From the NCBI GenBank assembly GCA_030390025.1, contig CM059432.1, positions 130,450,001-130,514,000 of the forward strand: DNA of 64,000 bases, in the 5' to 3' direction. A program made the translations under genes and the position numbers. Positions within the stretch are counted from its first letter, which is position 1; the number at the start of each line of letters is the position of its first letter. Source of the stretch: Squalus acanthias. Taxonomy: Eukaryota. Below are positions 40,328 through 51,045 of this stretch, in pieces. The notes below the pieces were generated by a model. It ran no database searches, was not told where the DNA came from, and saw only the letters and a list, made by a program, of their open reading frames with translations.

Positions 40328-40948
40328 AAATTTATCTATCTGTAGTGGTTAAGAAAAACACACTATATTTTCCAGGAACCAATCAAAACATGTTTCATCG
40401 TCCCTGAGGAGGAGATCTCTTACAAACCTCTTTCCAAATTCTTTGAGTAAAGATATGCAACTTTAGAAAAAAAACACTTCTCAAAACGGGCGTAATTTTA
40501 GGCGCCGATTGCGTCCAAAGCGGAAAATCTAAATGACTAGATTAAGTGCATTCTTTTTAAATCACGTTTATCTCATAACTCAAAAACAATCAGGAAGGCA
40601 AGATATATAAACAGTGTGCATGATCCCAAAGACAGCTGTGCACATGTGTAGGGTATAGAGAGAGTGAGACTTACAGTTTCTGGCTTGTATCACGGTTACA
40701 GATTATTAAATACATTCTGTTCTGTATACATAACTGTGTTTGGGAAGATCTGCCTTTCTGATGCTTACCTGAGTCTTCACAAAATACAAATTCTGGAAAA
40801 AATATTATTCAAATTTGTAGGGAGGCTCTGCATAAAAGCTCTGAAGTTAAACATTTATTTAAGCAGAATCTTTTGGTAACTGTTGTACCGATATTTGGCA
40901 AAGAGGAAAAAATGCAAATTAATCTGCTTCCTCATATTTAAAGCAGAG

Positions 40949-41410
40949 AAAAAGAAAAAAGACTTGCATTTATATAGGGCCTTTCACGACCACCGGACAT
41001 CCCAAAGCGCTTTACAATCAATGAAGTACTTTTTGAAGTCTAGTCACTGTTGTAATGTTGGAAACGCAGCAGCCAATTTGTACACAGCAAGCTCCCACAA
41101 ACAGCAATGTGATAATGCCGAAAATCTGTTTTAGTGATGTTGATTGAGGGATAAATATTGACTGGGACACCGGGGAAAACCCCCTTCTCTTCTTCGAAAT
41201 AGTGCCATAAGATCTATTACCTCCGCCTGAGAGGGCAGACGGGGCCTCGGTTTAATGTCTTTTCCGAAAGACAGCACCTCCGACAGTGCAGCACTCCCTC
41301 AGCACCGCACTGGAGTGTCAGCCTACATTTTGTGCTCTGGAGTGGGACTTGAACCAACAACCTTCTGGCTCGGAGGCGAGGGTGCTACCAACTGAGCCAC
41401 GGCTGACACA
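40949..41410 (-). mobile_element. SacSINE1-like Deu-SINE, full length
   Basis: Reverse complement of 16411-16880. Confidence 0.87.
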
Positions 41411-41519
41411 AAGATTTATTTACTTATGTAATTGTAATATATGAACGGAACCAATCAAAACATGCTTCACCATCTCTGGGGAGATGTCCTACAACTTACA
41501 AACCTCTTTCCAAATTCTT

Positions 41520-41731
41520 TGATGCGGAGATGCCGGTGTTGGACTGGGGTGGACAAAAGTGAGAAGTCGCACAACACCAGGTTATAGTCCAACAGTTTTA
41601 TTTGAAATCACAAGCTTTCGGAGCTGCTGCTCCTTCGTCAAGTGAAGTGACCTGACGAAGGAGCAGCAGCTCCGAAAGCTTGTGATTTCAAATAAAACTG
41701 TTGGACTATAACCTGGTGTTGTGCGACTTCT
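41520..41731 (-). mobile_element. Fold-back Penelope-like pLTR-derived element (family B): 81-bp perfect inverted repeat plus tail, 9-bp TSD
   Basis: Arms 41560-41640 and 41653-41733 are exact reverse complements with a 12-nt spacer. CAAATTCTT occurs at 41511-41519 and 41732-41740. Confidence 0.85.
41650..41684 (+). ncRNA. Minimal hammerhead ribozyme motif (mirror copy on the - strand at about 41608-41645)
   Basis: CTGACGA(41652-41658)-A-GGAGC-agca-GCTCC-GAAA(41674-41677)-GCTT, with palindromic AGCT stem III. The minus copy reads tcac-TTGACGA...GAAAGCTT-gtga with a 4-bp stem I. Confidence 0.72.
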
Positions 41732-43153
41732 CAAATTCTTGTAAAGATATGCACTGCTCTCCCACTTCCACACTCCAGAACGCTCTCTTGCAACAGTGTA
41801 ACTTCTAACTCACTGTGAACAATGTCACGGGAGATCTACTGGTATACATAACAGTGGAAACACATCCATCACACTTCACATGTCACACTGTCGCACGTGT
41901 ATATCTGAGTTGCACTTAATAAAAAAGTACATAACCAAAAAAAAGCCAATCCGCCCTCCAATTGGTCTGAGGATCAGCCCATGACCAATTAGCCTTTAAC
42001 TTACGTAGAAAGACACGGCAAACAGAACTTGTGATCTTAAAGGGGCACACTAAGATACACACAGTTGTACTTTAGCAGCAGAATAATACAATCTGCATTA
42101 CCTATTATCATATTACTGTTCTAATAAAACAGTGTATCCTCCTATCTAGAGCCTATACAGCAAAGTCTCCCTCCCTGCAAAGCTGCTCTGGTGACAATCT
42201 AAAATCAACAGAAAATTGCAAGGAGCTTACGGCCAAATTCCTGTTGTGCGCTCCTGATGGGCAAAGGTCCTTACCGGGAAGGTGAATTTGTAAAATTACC
42301 CCTCTAAAGCCTCAGTTTAATACAATCTTGCTTTATTTTACTCATCCAAAATTTCAGATAAATTATATTCATTTCAGAAACATTATATTGCTATATATCT
42401 AAGCGTGAATAGGCTACAATGTACTGGTAAGTATTAATTATATTAAGAATCACGCTCATGTACCAACTAGTCAAAATCATGACACTGGCAGCACAAGCAT
42501 GTATCTTATTATAGACACAGAACAGCATTCTGAACAGTTGATTCATCAGTATTTACATAATGCTGCTTATGAATTGAAATTTAAGTCACTTTGAAGATTT
42601 TAAAGCAGTGCTCTGCGCTCGTGATTCATATGTAATCATACTCAATTTTACTTTCTTCAACAAAAAACTTTTTCTGCACCTCCCCTCAATCAATTTTCAA
42701 AGTTATTTTTAGACTTGTGTTAGTTTCCACATTTACTTGGCGGCTAGGCAAGCCATTACTAAGCTTTTGCCAATATACTGTTAAATCAGTCACTTAGAAC
42801 AGCAACTTGTATTTCTATAGTGCTCCTCACATGCCAGAAGACACCTCAAAGCACCTTGGTACATTAAGCAGGAAAATAAACACTGGACACTGCAGGAGAG
42901 GAAAAAAAATGGAGTGAGTTAGGAAGGAGAAACCAAAGCTATGATCTGAAGGTGGGTTTTCAAGAGGTTTCTGAAAGCTGGGAGGAAGATGGCATGGTAG
43001 ATGAAACCAGGCAGGATGTTTTAGGGTAGCCTGAACGAGCAAACATTGGTGGCGAGAGCATGGGATATGGAAAAGCCTAGTGTTGTGAAGACATAAGGCT
43101 AGAGGTCACTAAGGTACATAAGAACATAAGAAATAAGGGTAGAACACAGCCAT

Positions 43154-44640
43154 CATGGGTAAAATTTTGGAGTCTATTATTAAGGAGACAGTAACGGAAC
43201 ATTTAGATAAACATAATTTGATAGGACAAAGTCAGCATGGCTTTATGAAGGGGAAATCATGTCTGACAAATTTGCTTGAGTTCTTTGAGGACATAACGTA
43301 CAGGGTGGATAAAGGAGAACCAATGGACGTAGTGTATTTAGACTTCCAGAAGGCATTCGACAAGGTGCCACATAAAAGATTATTGCTCAAGATAAAAAAT
43401 CACTGGATTGGGGGGAATATTCTGGCATGGGTGGAGGATTGGTTATCTAACAGGAAGCAGAGAGTTGGGATAAATGGTTCATTCTCGGACTGGCAACCAG
43501 TAGCCAGTGGTGTTCCGCAGGGGTCGGTGCTGGGTCCCCAACTCTTTACAATCTATATTAACGATTTGGAGGAGGGGACCGAGTGTAACATATCAAAGTT
43601 TGCAGATGATACAAAGATGGGAGGGAAAGTAGAAAGTGAGGAGGACATAAAAAACCTACAAGGGGATATAGACAAGCTGGGTGAGTGGGCAGAGATTTGG
43701 CAGATGCAATACAATATTGGAAAATGTGAGGTTATGCACTTTGGCAGGAAAAATCAGAGAGCAAGTTATTATCTTAATGGCGAGAAACTGGAAAGTACTG
43801 CAGTACAAAGGGATCTGGGGGTCCTAGTGCAAGAAAATCAAAAAGTTAGTATGCATGTGCAGCAGGTGATCAAGAAGGTCAACGGAATGTTGGCTTTTAT
43901 TGCTAGGGGGATAGATTATAAAAACAGGGAGGTATTGCTGCAGTTATATAAGGTATTGGTGAGACCGCATCTGGAATACTGCATACAGTTTTGGTGTCCA
44001 TACTTAAGAAAAGACATACTTGCTCTCGAGGCAGTACAAAGAAGGTTCACTCGGTTAATCCCGGGGATGAGGGGGTGGACATACGAGGAGAGGTTGAGTA
44101 GATTGGGACTCTACTCATTGGAGTTCAGAAGAATGAGAGGCGATCTTATTGAAACATATAAGATTGTGAAGGGGCTTGATCGGGTGGATGCGGTAAGGAT
44201 GTTCCCAAGGATGGGTGAAACTAGAACTAGGGGGCATAATCTTAGAATAAGGGGCTGCTCTTTCAAAACTGAGATGAGGAGAAACTTCTTCACTCAGAGG
44301 GTAGTAGGTCTGTGGAATTTGCTGCCCCAGGAAGCTGTGGAAGCTACATCATTAAATAAATTTAAAACAGAAATAGACAGTTTCCTAGAAGTAAAGGGAA
44401 TTAGGGGTTACGGGGAGCGGGCAGGAAATTGGACATGAGGCTGAGTTCGGATCGGTCGAGGCCCTGTGGGTGGCGTAGCGGGCCCAGGGGCTGAGTGGTC
44501 GGGTCCTGCTCCTACTTCTTGTGTTCTTTAGATTTGAGGTGAGGATCAGATCAGCCATGATCTTATTGAATGGCGGAGCAGGCTCGAAGGGCCGATTGGC
44601 CTACTCCTGCTCCTATTTCTTATGTTCTTATGTTCTTATG
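43154..44640 (+). mobile_element. Young 5'-truncated CR1 LINE with uninterrupted 427-aa RT/C-terminal ORF, inserted in an old minus-strand L2
   Basis: ORF 43155-44438 (QHGF, YLDFQKAFDKVPH, GVPQGSVLGP, FADD) has no stops and is followed by a (TTCTTATG)n tail. L2 remnants lie at about 42800-43115 and 44641-44830. Confidence 0.96.
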
Positions 44641-46214
44641 AAGAGGCGAGGATAAGAATTTTGATGCCAACTTGCTGGAGGAACAGGAAGCCAGTGAAGT
44701 TTTGAGGGGATATAGTGATCAAAACTTAACGTTATGCAAGCGAGGCTACAGGCTTTAGCATTTGGGATGAGTTGAAGCTTGTGCAGTATTGAGGCACGGG
44801 AGCAGCTCGGAGAGCATTAGAAAAGTCAAGCCTCAAAAGACGTACGAAACAATAATGTGGGTCAAATTCCCTCCCATTAACCTTCCCTTCACCGTGAAAC
44901 TCTTTGCTTCACTGAAATGTCCTGGCTGACATTGGGAAGGGAATTCATGGGGAGAGCCCACACGCAATGAATCTGTGGTGCAATGCCTCAACAGGCTGCC
45001 TCACGGTTACTACATAAATGCATGATTAATACATTAATGTGCAATTTGGCAGCAGTGGGATTTGTTTTGGATTGCTCTTGCAAAATAACCAGCACAAATA
45101 GGATAGGCTGACTGACCTCCTTCTCTACTGAAAATTTCTACAGTTCTAAATGCTTATTGCACTGTTTAGTGTTCAAGACAAGTCTTTTGCAGTTAAATTA
45201 TGTGAATGCATAGCATAATAACCAATGCCACTTGTTTGCGGTTTCACAGCAATAAAAACAGTATTTGACTTAGTTAATATAAAGTCGTGGCCCTGATTAT
45301 CTAGAATACGCAAGTGCTAAACAGAAAGGGAGAGGAGAGGACATGGTATATCCACTCCCTTTCGATCATGAAATATTACTAGTAAGCAATACCTTTACTA
45401 TGGATGCCATTTTACTATGTTGCATTTTTCTGATGATTTAAAACTTGAATTCACACCAGAAGTGGCAAAAGTCACTTGCAATGTTGAAAGACTTTTTTCC
45501 TGCAACAGTGACTTAATGGAAATTTTAGTGTTAAATACAGAATAATTTCAGATAATATACCACTTAGAAATCATTTCCATAACCGGGCATAAACAAAATA
45601 ATCAGTGCCATTGTCTAGGTATTAATCTAGTTATTAGAGTGAACTATTTAACTTGTAACCAAGCCCCGTAATGTTTAGTGAATACTTTTGCAATGTTTAA
45701 TTTTAATCATATGACATTAACTGCTAACATTGAGCAATAGTCTTTCAGCGTAAAAGCAAGACATCTTGTTGATATTCAGATATAGATACACTCAGTACCC
45801 ACTGAAACAGGATTTCAATCCAAGTATGAAGCAATTTTCTTCAGTACAAAGCAAACACATGTATGAAAGTTAACAAATACCAGCAGTAGCCATAGCAATT
45901 ATATCAAGGCAACAGGAAAAACACACTCACTAATAGCACAAACCATTACTGACACCGTAAGTTTACTTCTGGTCACGAAGCAATGACTCTAGCTGAAAAC
46001 TGCGCGTGTGGATATGAGGAAAATATCATGCTTGACTTTGATGTCTCCATAATCACCAAGCCTGTCAACATTCATTTTTCAGGTTCCTACATGAAGAATG
46101 GCCACTGGGTGTATTGGTGCCCGTAGAATTATAACCCCAGCATGAAAGTACCTTCAGGAAAGAAAAGGGTACTTTGGAGGACAGGGACATAGAGCTGAAT
46201 GAGGTTCTAAAGAT

Positions 46215-46520
46215 AGGGAGAGGTAAAGCTGTGGAGGGATTTTACGACGAGGACAAGAATTTTGAAGCTTTGTGCTAAGAGGTCGGCAAGGACAGGGGTA
46301 ACAGGCATGCAGGATTTTGTACAGGATACGATGCCGGTTGCAGAGCTGTTGGGGGTTTCGAGTTTATGTCGGGTGGAGTTCAGGAGTTGAGCAAGGATTG
46401 CAATAAAAAAGTCAAAAGATGACATAAGATTTGGATGAGTTTCGGTAGCAGTGGGGGTGAGGTGGCAAAGGGATGAGATAAAAGCAGAAATGAGCAATGT
46501 TCTGGAGATGGAAGCTGATA
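46215..46520 (-). mobile_element. Old L2 fragment
   Basis: 'ETHP...FKILVLVVKSLH' resembles the L2 ORF2 C-terminus. Confidence 0.6.
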
Positions 46521-47146
46521 ATTAGAGATAAAAAGTGTTTTGAATATTTTGTTTTGCCCATTGATAACTTATACAAATCAGAATACTGGTATGCAAATTC
46601 CCCGATCCCATTCAACCCGTTCCAGAAGCACAATTCATGCAAACAGCAGAGAGCAACAAGTTCCAACACTAAAGTTATACCATGAATTTAAACACTGCAT
46701 TATATCAATCATTGAATTTAATTTTGTAAGTTTCGGTAACCAATTGTCATAGAATGGTGTGAGGGTGATGGTGCATTTTAGAGCCACAGCTGAGCAACTG
46801 ATCTTCATATTTCATCACAATTAAAACAATTTCACGACTATTCCATTTGTTGCTCAACAAAACAGATCCCACAGAATGCAATCGATGGTCGTGCTTTATG
46901 AAGAATAAATACAGGATATATTATGAAGACTCATGGGATATGACTTCGATTTGTTAGTGGACTGAGTAATAACATGCAAGCGATGAAATTATGAGAGAAT
47001 TGTAGGTAGCCGAGTGAGCAATCAATTAAATTCTGCAAGTCTTCAAAATGTATTCCATTTATCCTTTTACCTAAAATTATATCTGATAAAAGGTAATTCA
47101 GTAAAAGTTTATTTCTTAAATGGGTTTAGTATATTTGTATTGGACA

Positions 47147-48359
47147 TTCTCTTCAAACAATTTTTCAAAGAAAATAGTTCTAGTGACTAAACTGTAGTGT
47201 GAAATTATTTGCATGAAATTTTTAAAAAACTGAATGGAGTTGACATCATGAGTACTCATGAGATAGGATTTGTAACTTACGTGTGGGGTGGCCTAATAAT
47301 TCACGAGCTACAAAGTAAAACGGCCAGCACACAAGTGGCACCTCATCTTGGACTCTGTCTACAATACGAGTTAGTAACAATAAAATATGATAGAATCTAA
47401 ATTTGAGTTTTAAATGGAAACGAAATTGATGCATCAATTGCAAGTTGGTCCAGTAACATCACTGTGAAATGGATCTCGTGCAAACTGTATGTCCTCAACT
47501 GCATCATCGCACATGATCCAAAAAAACATTTATGCAGGTAACATCCTCAAGTGAAGCAAAGTAGTTGTACCACATAGCGTGAGGGGCAGCACATTTTATG
47601 GGGACTCCAAAGCATTGCAGGCACTGTGCCATGAAGGATTTTGGCCACACCTTCCCACATGTTAAGTGTCAAGCCTGGAACTTACTATTGCCAATATTAG
47701 CGTATATTTAACATATGTGACATGTCTCTGTCCACTATTTTAGTGGAAGCATTAACCCAGTTTTTTTCTCTCTCACACACACTGTGTCAAGTGTGGAAAT
47801 ACATTGGAGGTGGTCATTGATAATGTTTTGTAACAGTAATTCTACAGTTCCACTGCTATTAGGTGAAATTGAAAGCAAAATTGGATGCACAACACTTTAC
47901 AAAACAAGTCACCTAGGCCTCAATTATACCAATGAAATCAATATTATATATAATGCTTATGCAATATAAAATATAACTTTAAAGAAATAACTTGTGTTTA
48001 CATAACATTATCACATCCCCAAATCACTTCACATTCATTTAATTATTTTTGAAATGTAGTCACCATTATTGTGCAGCTAACATAGAAGCCAATTTGTGCA
48101 AGGCAAGAGTACATAAACTACACTGAGATGAATAACCAGACAATCAGTTTTTTTGATGGTGGTAATTTGATTGTGTGCTGGCCATTTGACTTTGTAGCTC
48201 GTGAATTATTAGGCCACCCCACCCATGGGTTACAAATCCTATCGCTTGAGTACTCATGATGTCAACTCCATTCAGGTTTTTTTTTAATTTTGTACAAATA
48301 ATTTCACATTATAGTTTAGTCACTGGAACTATTTTCTTTGAAAAACTGTTTGAAGAGAA
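47147..48359. repeat. Inverted duplication of about 188 bp (47147-47334 vs 48171-48359)
   Basis: The two segments align as reverse complements end to end with scattered substitutions. Confidence 0.9.
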
Positions 48360-48526
48360 AGCCGAAACACCTGGAGAACTCCCTACTCTTCTAATAATGC
48401 CATCCACCACGACAGGCTTCAGTTTAACATCTCATCCAAAAGACTTTGGTCTCTAATTTAACCCTTTCACTATAAAATTATCTTCATTTCTTCTGTTTGA
48501 ACATTAGAATTTCACAACTTTGAAAC

Positions 48527-49251
48527 ACCGGCAGCGGCAGCAACGAGAGCGGCCCTGGGTGGAACCTGAGCTAGGACAGCGAAGAGTATAAGGAGTGGGA
48601 GAGAGCGCGAGACCCAGACTCACCGACAGCGGCAGAAACTAGAGCGGCCATGGGTGGAGCCTGAGCGAAGAGTGGGAGAGCGCGAGACCCGGACTCACCG
48701 ACAGCAGCAGAAACGAGAGCGGCCATGGGTGGAGCCTGAGCGAGGAGTATAAGGAGTGGGAGAGAGAGCGAGGCCCAGACTCACCGGCAGCGGCATCAAC
48801 GAGAGCGGCCCTGGGTGGAACCTGAACAAGGACAGCGAGGAGTATAAGGAGTGGGAGAGAGCGTGAGACCCAGACTCACCGGCAGCGGCAGAAACGAGAG
48901 CGGCCATGGGTGGAGCCTGAGCGAGGAGTGGGAGAGAGCGCGAGACCCAGACTCACTGGCAGCGGCAGCAACAAGAGCGGCCCTGGGTGGAGCCTGAGCG
49001 AGGACAGCGAGGAGTATAAGGAGTGGGAGAGAGCGCGAGGCCCAGACTCACCGACAGCGGCAGCAATGAGCGCGGCACTGGGTGGAGCCTGAGCGAGGAG
49101 TATAAGGAGTGGGAGAGAGCGCGAGACCCAGACTCACTGGCAGCGGCAGCAACGAGCGCGGCCCTGGGTGGAGCCTGAGCGAGGACAGCGAGGAGTATAA
49201 GGAGTGGGAGAGAGCGCGAGGCCCAGACTCACTGGCAGCAGAAGCAACGAG
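48527..49251. repeat. CpG-rich minisatellite, about 8 units of 75-95 bp
   Basis: Recurring GAGTATAAGGAGTGGGAGAGAGCGCGAGGCCCAGACTCACCGACAGCGGCAGCAACGAGAGCGGCCCTGGGTGGAGCCTGAGC, with 8 GACTCAC anchors. Confidence 0.93.
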
Positions 49252-49421
49252 GGAAAAAAACACAAGGAGTGACGTCACAAGATAGCTGGTAACTGATTGG
49301 TTGGTAAAGGTCACATCGTTTTTCTTTGCTATTCAGATTTGGGGCCGGTGAGTATCACTTATTTTTTGTCTGTTGTCTTTTAGTCTTTAACTAAGGGCAG
49401 AGGGGTATACTAAAAACTTTA

Positions 49422-50790
49422 CAACAACAACAACTTGTATTTATATAGCGCCTTTAACGTAGTAAAACGTCCCAAGGCGCTGCACAGGAGTATTTTAAGA
49501 CATCAAATTTGACACCGATTCACATAAGGATAAATTAGGGCAGGTGACCAAAAGCTTGGTCAAAGAGGTAGGTTTTCAGGAGCATCTTAAAAGGAGGAAA
49601 GAGAGGCGGAGAGGTTTAGGGAGGGAATTCCAGAGCTTAGGGCCTAGGCAACAGAAGGCACGACCACCAAAGGTTGAGTGATTATAATCAGGGATGCTCA
49701 AGAGGGCAGAATTAGAGGAGCGCAGATATCTCGGGGGGGTTGTGGGGCTGAAGGAGATTACAGAGATAGGAAGGGGCGAGGCCATGGAGGGATTTGAAAA
49801 CAAAGATGAGAATTCGAGGCGCTGCTTAACCGGGAGCCAATGTAGGTCAACGCCCCTAATTTTAGTGTCCCGAAAAAGTTTGCACCCCCGCGGCCGATTT
49901 TCCCAGGTAGCACCCCGAGGGGGAGGAGGGGCGCAACTGGAAGCGCCCCGCGTCCCTCTTGGGGCGCTGCAAGCGAATATCACGGCGCTATGTGCCGCGG
50001 TACTGCAGGCCTTCCTCCCCTTATTAAAGGTGAGGGGCCTTGCGCAGCGTGACCCGGGGCCCAGCTGGGCCAGGGATCGGGAGTGCCAGCAAACGAGCCC
50101 GGCACTCAAGAGAAGTGCCGGGCTCACGGAGAACCCGCGGGGGGGGCTTCATGGGGGCCGAGGACAGCAACGGGAACAGGTGCTGGCAGGTGGCCAGCAA
50201 CAAAAATGGCCGCCCGCCACCTCCCCTTTAACTAGCGCCGCCCCGGTTGCAAGTAGGTCCCCCTGACCCCATCGGATATAGCGTCTGGCGGAAAGTTGGG
50301 GACGCCACCTAATATTACAGCCGGGGCGCTACACACGGCGATGACGTCATCGCCGGCGGCTCTAAGGGTTAGCGCCACCGCTAACCTCCCGCTGAATTTC
50401 GCGGGAGGCGTTAGCGGCGCCGCGCCCAGGCTCTCGTTGATTTGCGCCCCGTTAGCACCAATCAACCGAATTTAGCCCCCGAAGTCTAGAGATGGCAAAA
50501 GCATAGATAAGGATTTCAGTAGCAGAGCAGCTGAAGTAAGGGCAGAGGAGGGTGACATTTTAGAAGTGGAAATAAGTGGTCTTGCTAATGGATAGGATGT
50601 GGGTTTTAAGCTCAGCTCTGAGTCGAACAGGATGCCATGGTTTTGTATGGCCTGGTTTAACTTGAGTGAGTGGATGGGGAGGGTTTTGGAATCAATGGTA
50701 AGAGAGCGGAGTTTATTGAAGGAGCCAAAAATGATGGCTTAGCTCTTAATGTTCGACAGGACTAAGTTTACACTCATCCATGTCTTAAAA
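49422..50790 (-). mobile_element. L2 3' region interrupted by a MITE at about 49852-50480
   Basis: Tail acaacaacaacaacttgtatttatatagcgcc. The body matches the reverse complement of 33100-33730. Confidence 0.85.
49852..50480 (-). mobile_element. Harbinger-type MITE related to 30977-31585, opposite orientation, one end lost
   Basis: Shares gcgccgctaa.gcctcccgcgaaattcagc and gatgacgtcatcgcc blocks. Terminal ccgaatttagccccc. Confidence 0.75.
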
Positions 50791-50851
50791 TTGGACAGGT
50801 ACTCTAAAAACATGAATCTTGCTTGTAGGTTGAAGGATGTTTTTGTTTAAC

Positions 50852-51045
50852 TATTCATTCTCGGGATATGAGCATTGCAGGCAAGGCGAGCATTTATTGC
50901 CCATCTCCAGTTGGCCTTGAGAAGGTGGTGGTAAGTCCTCTTTTTGAACCGCTGCAGTCCATGTGGTGAAGGTACACCCACAGTGCTGTTAGGTAGGAAG
51001 TTCCAGGATTTTGACCCATCGACAATAAAGGAATGGCAATACACG
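50852..51045 (-). mobile_element. Inverted 3'-end fragment of the same LINE family
   Basis: Diverged reverse complement of about 53757-53948. Confidence 0.85.

Noticed and set aside
43155..44438. 427-aa ORF as a host gene or autonomous element
   Set aside because: It is a 5'-truncated CR1 ORF2 lacking the endonuclease, ORF1 and promoter.
48527..49251. Possible CRISPR-like array
   Set aside because: No unique spacers, the units are wholly repeated, and the context is a vertebrate intron.
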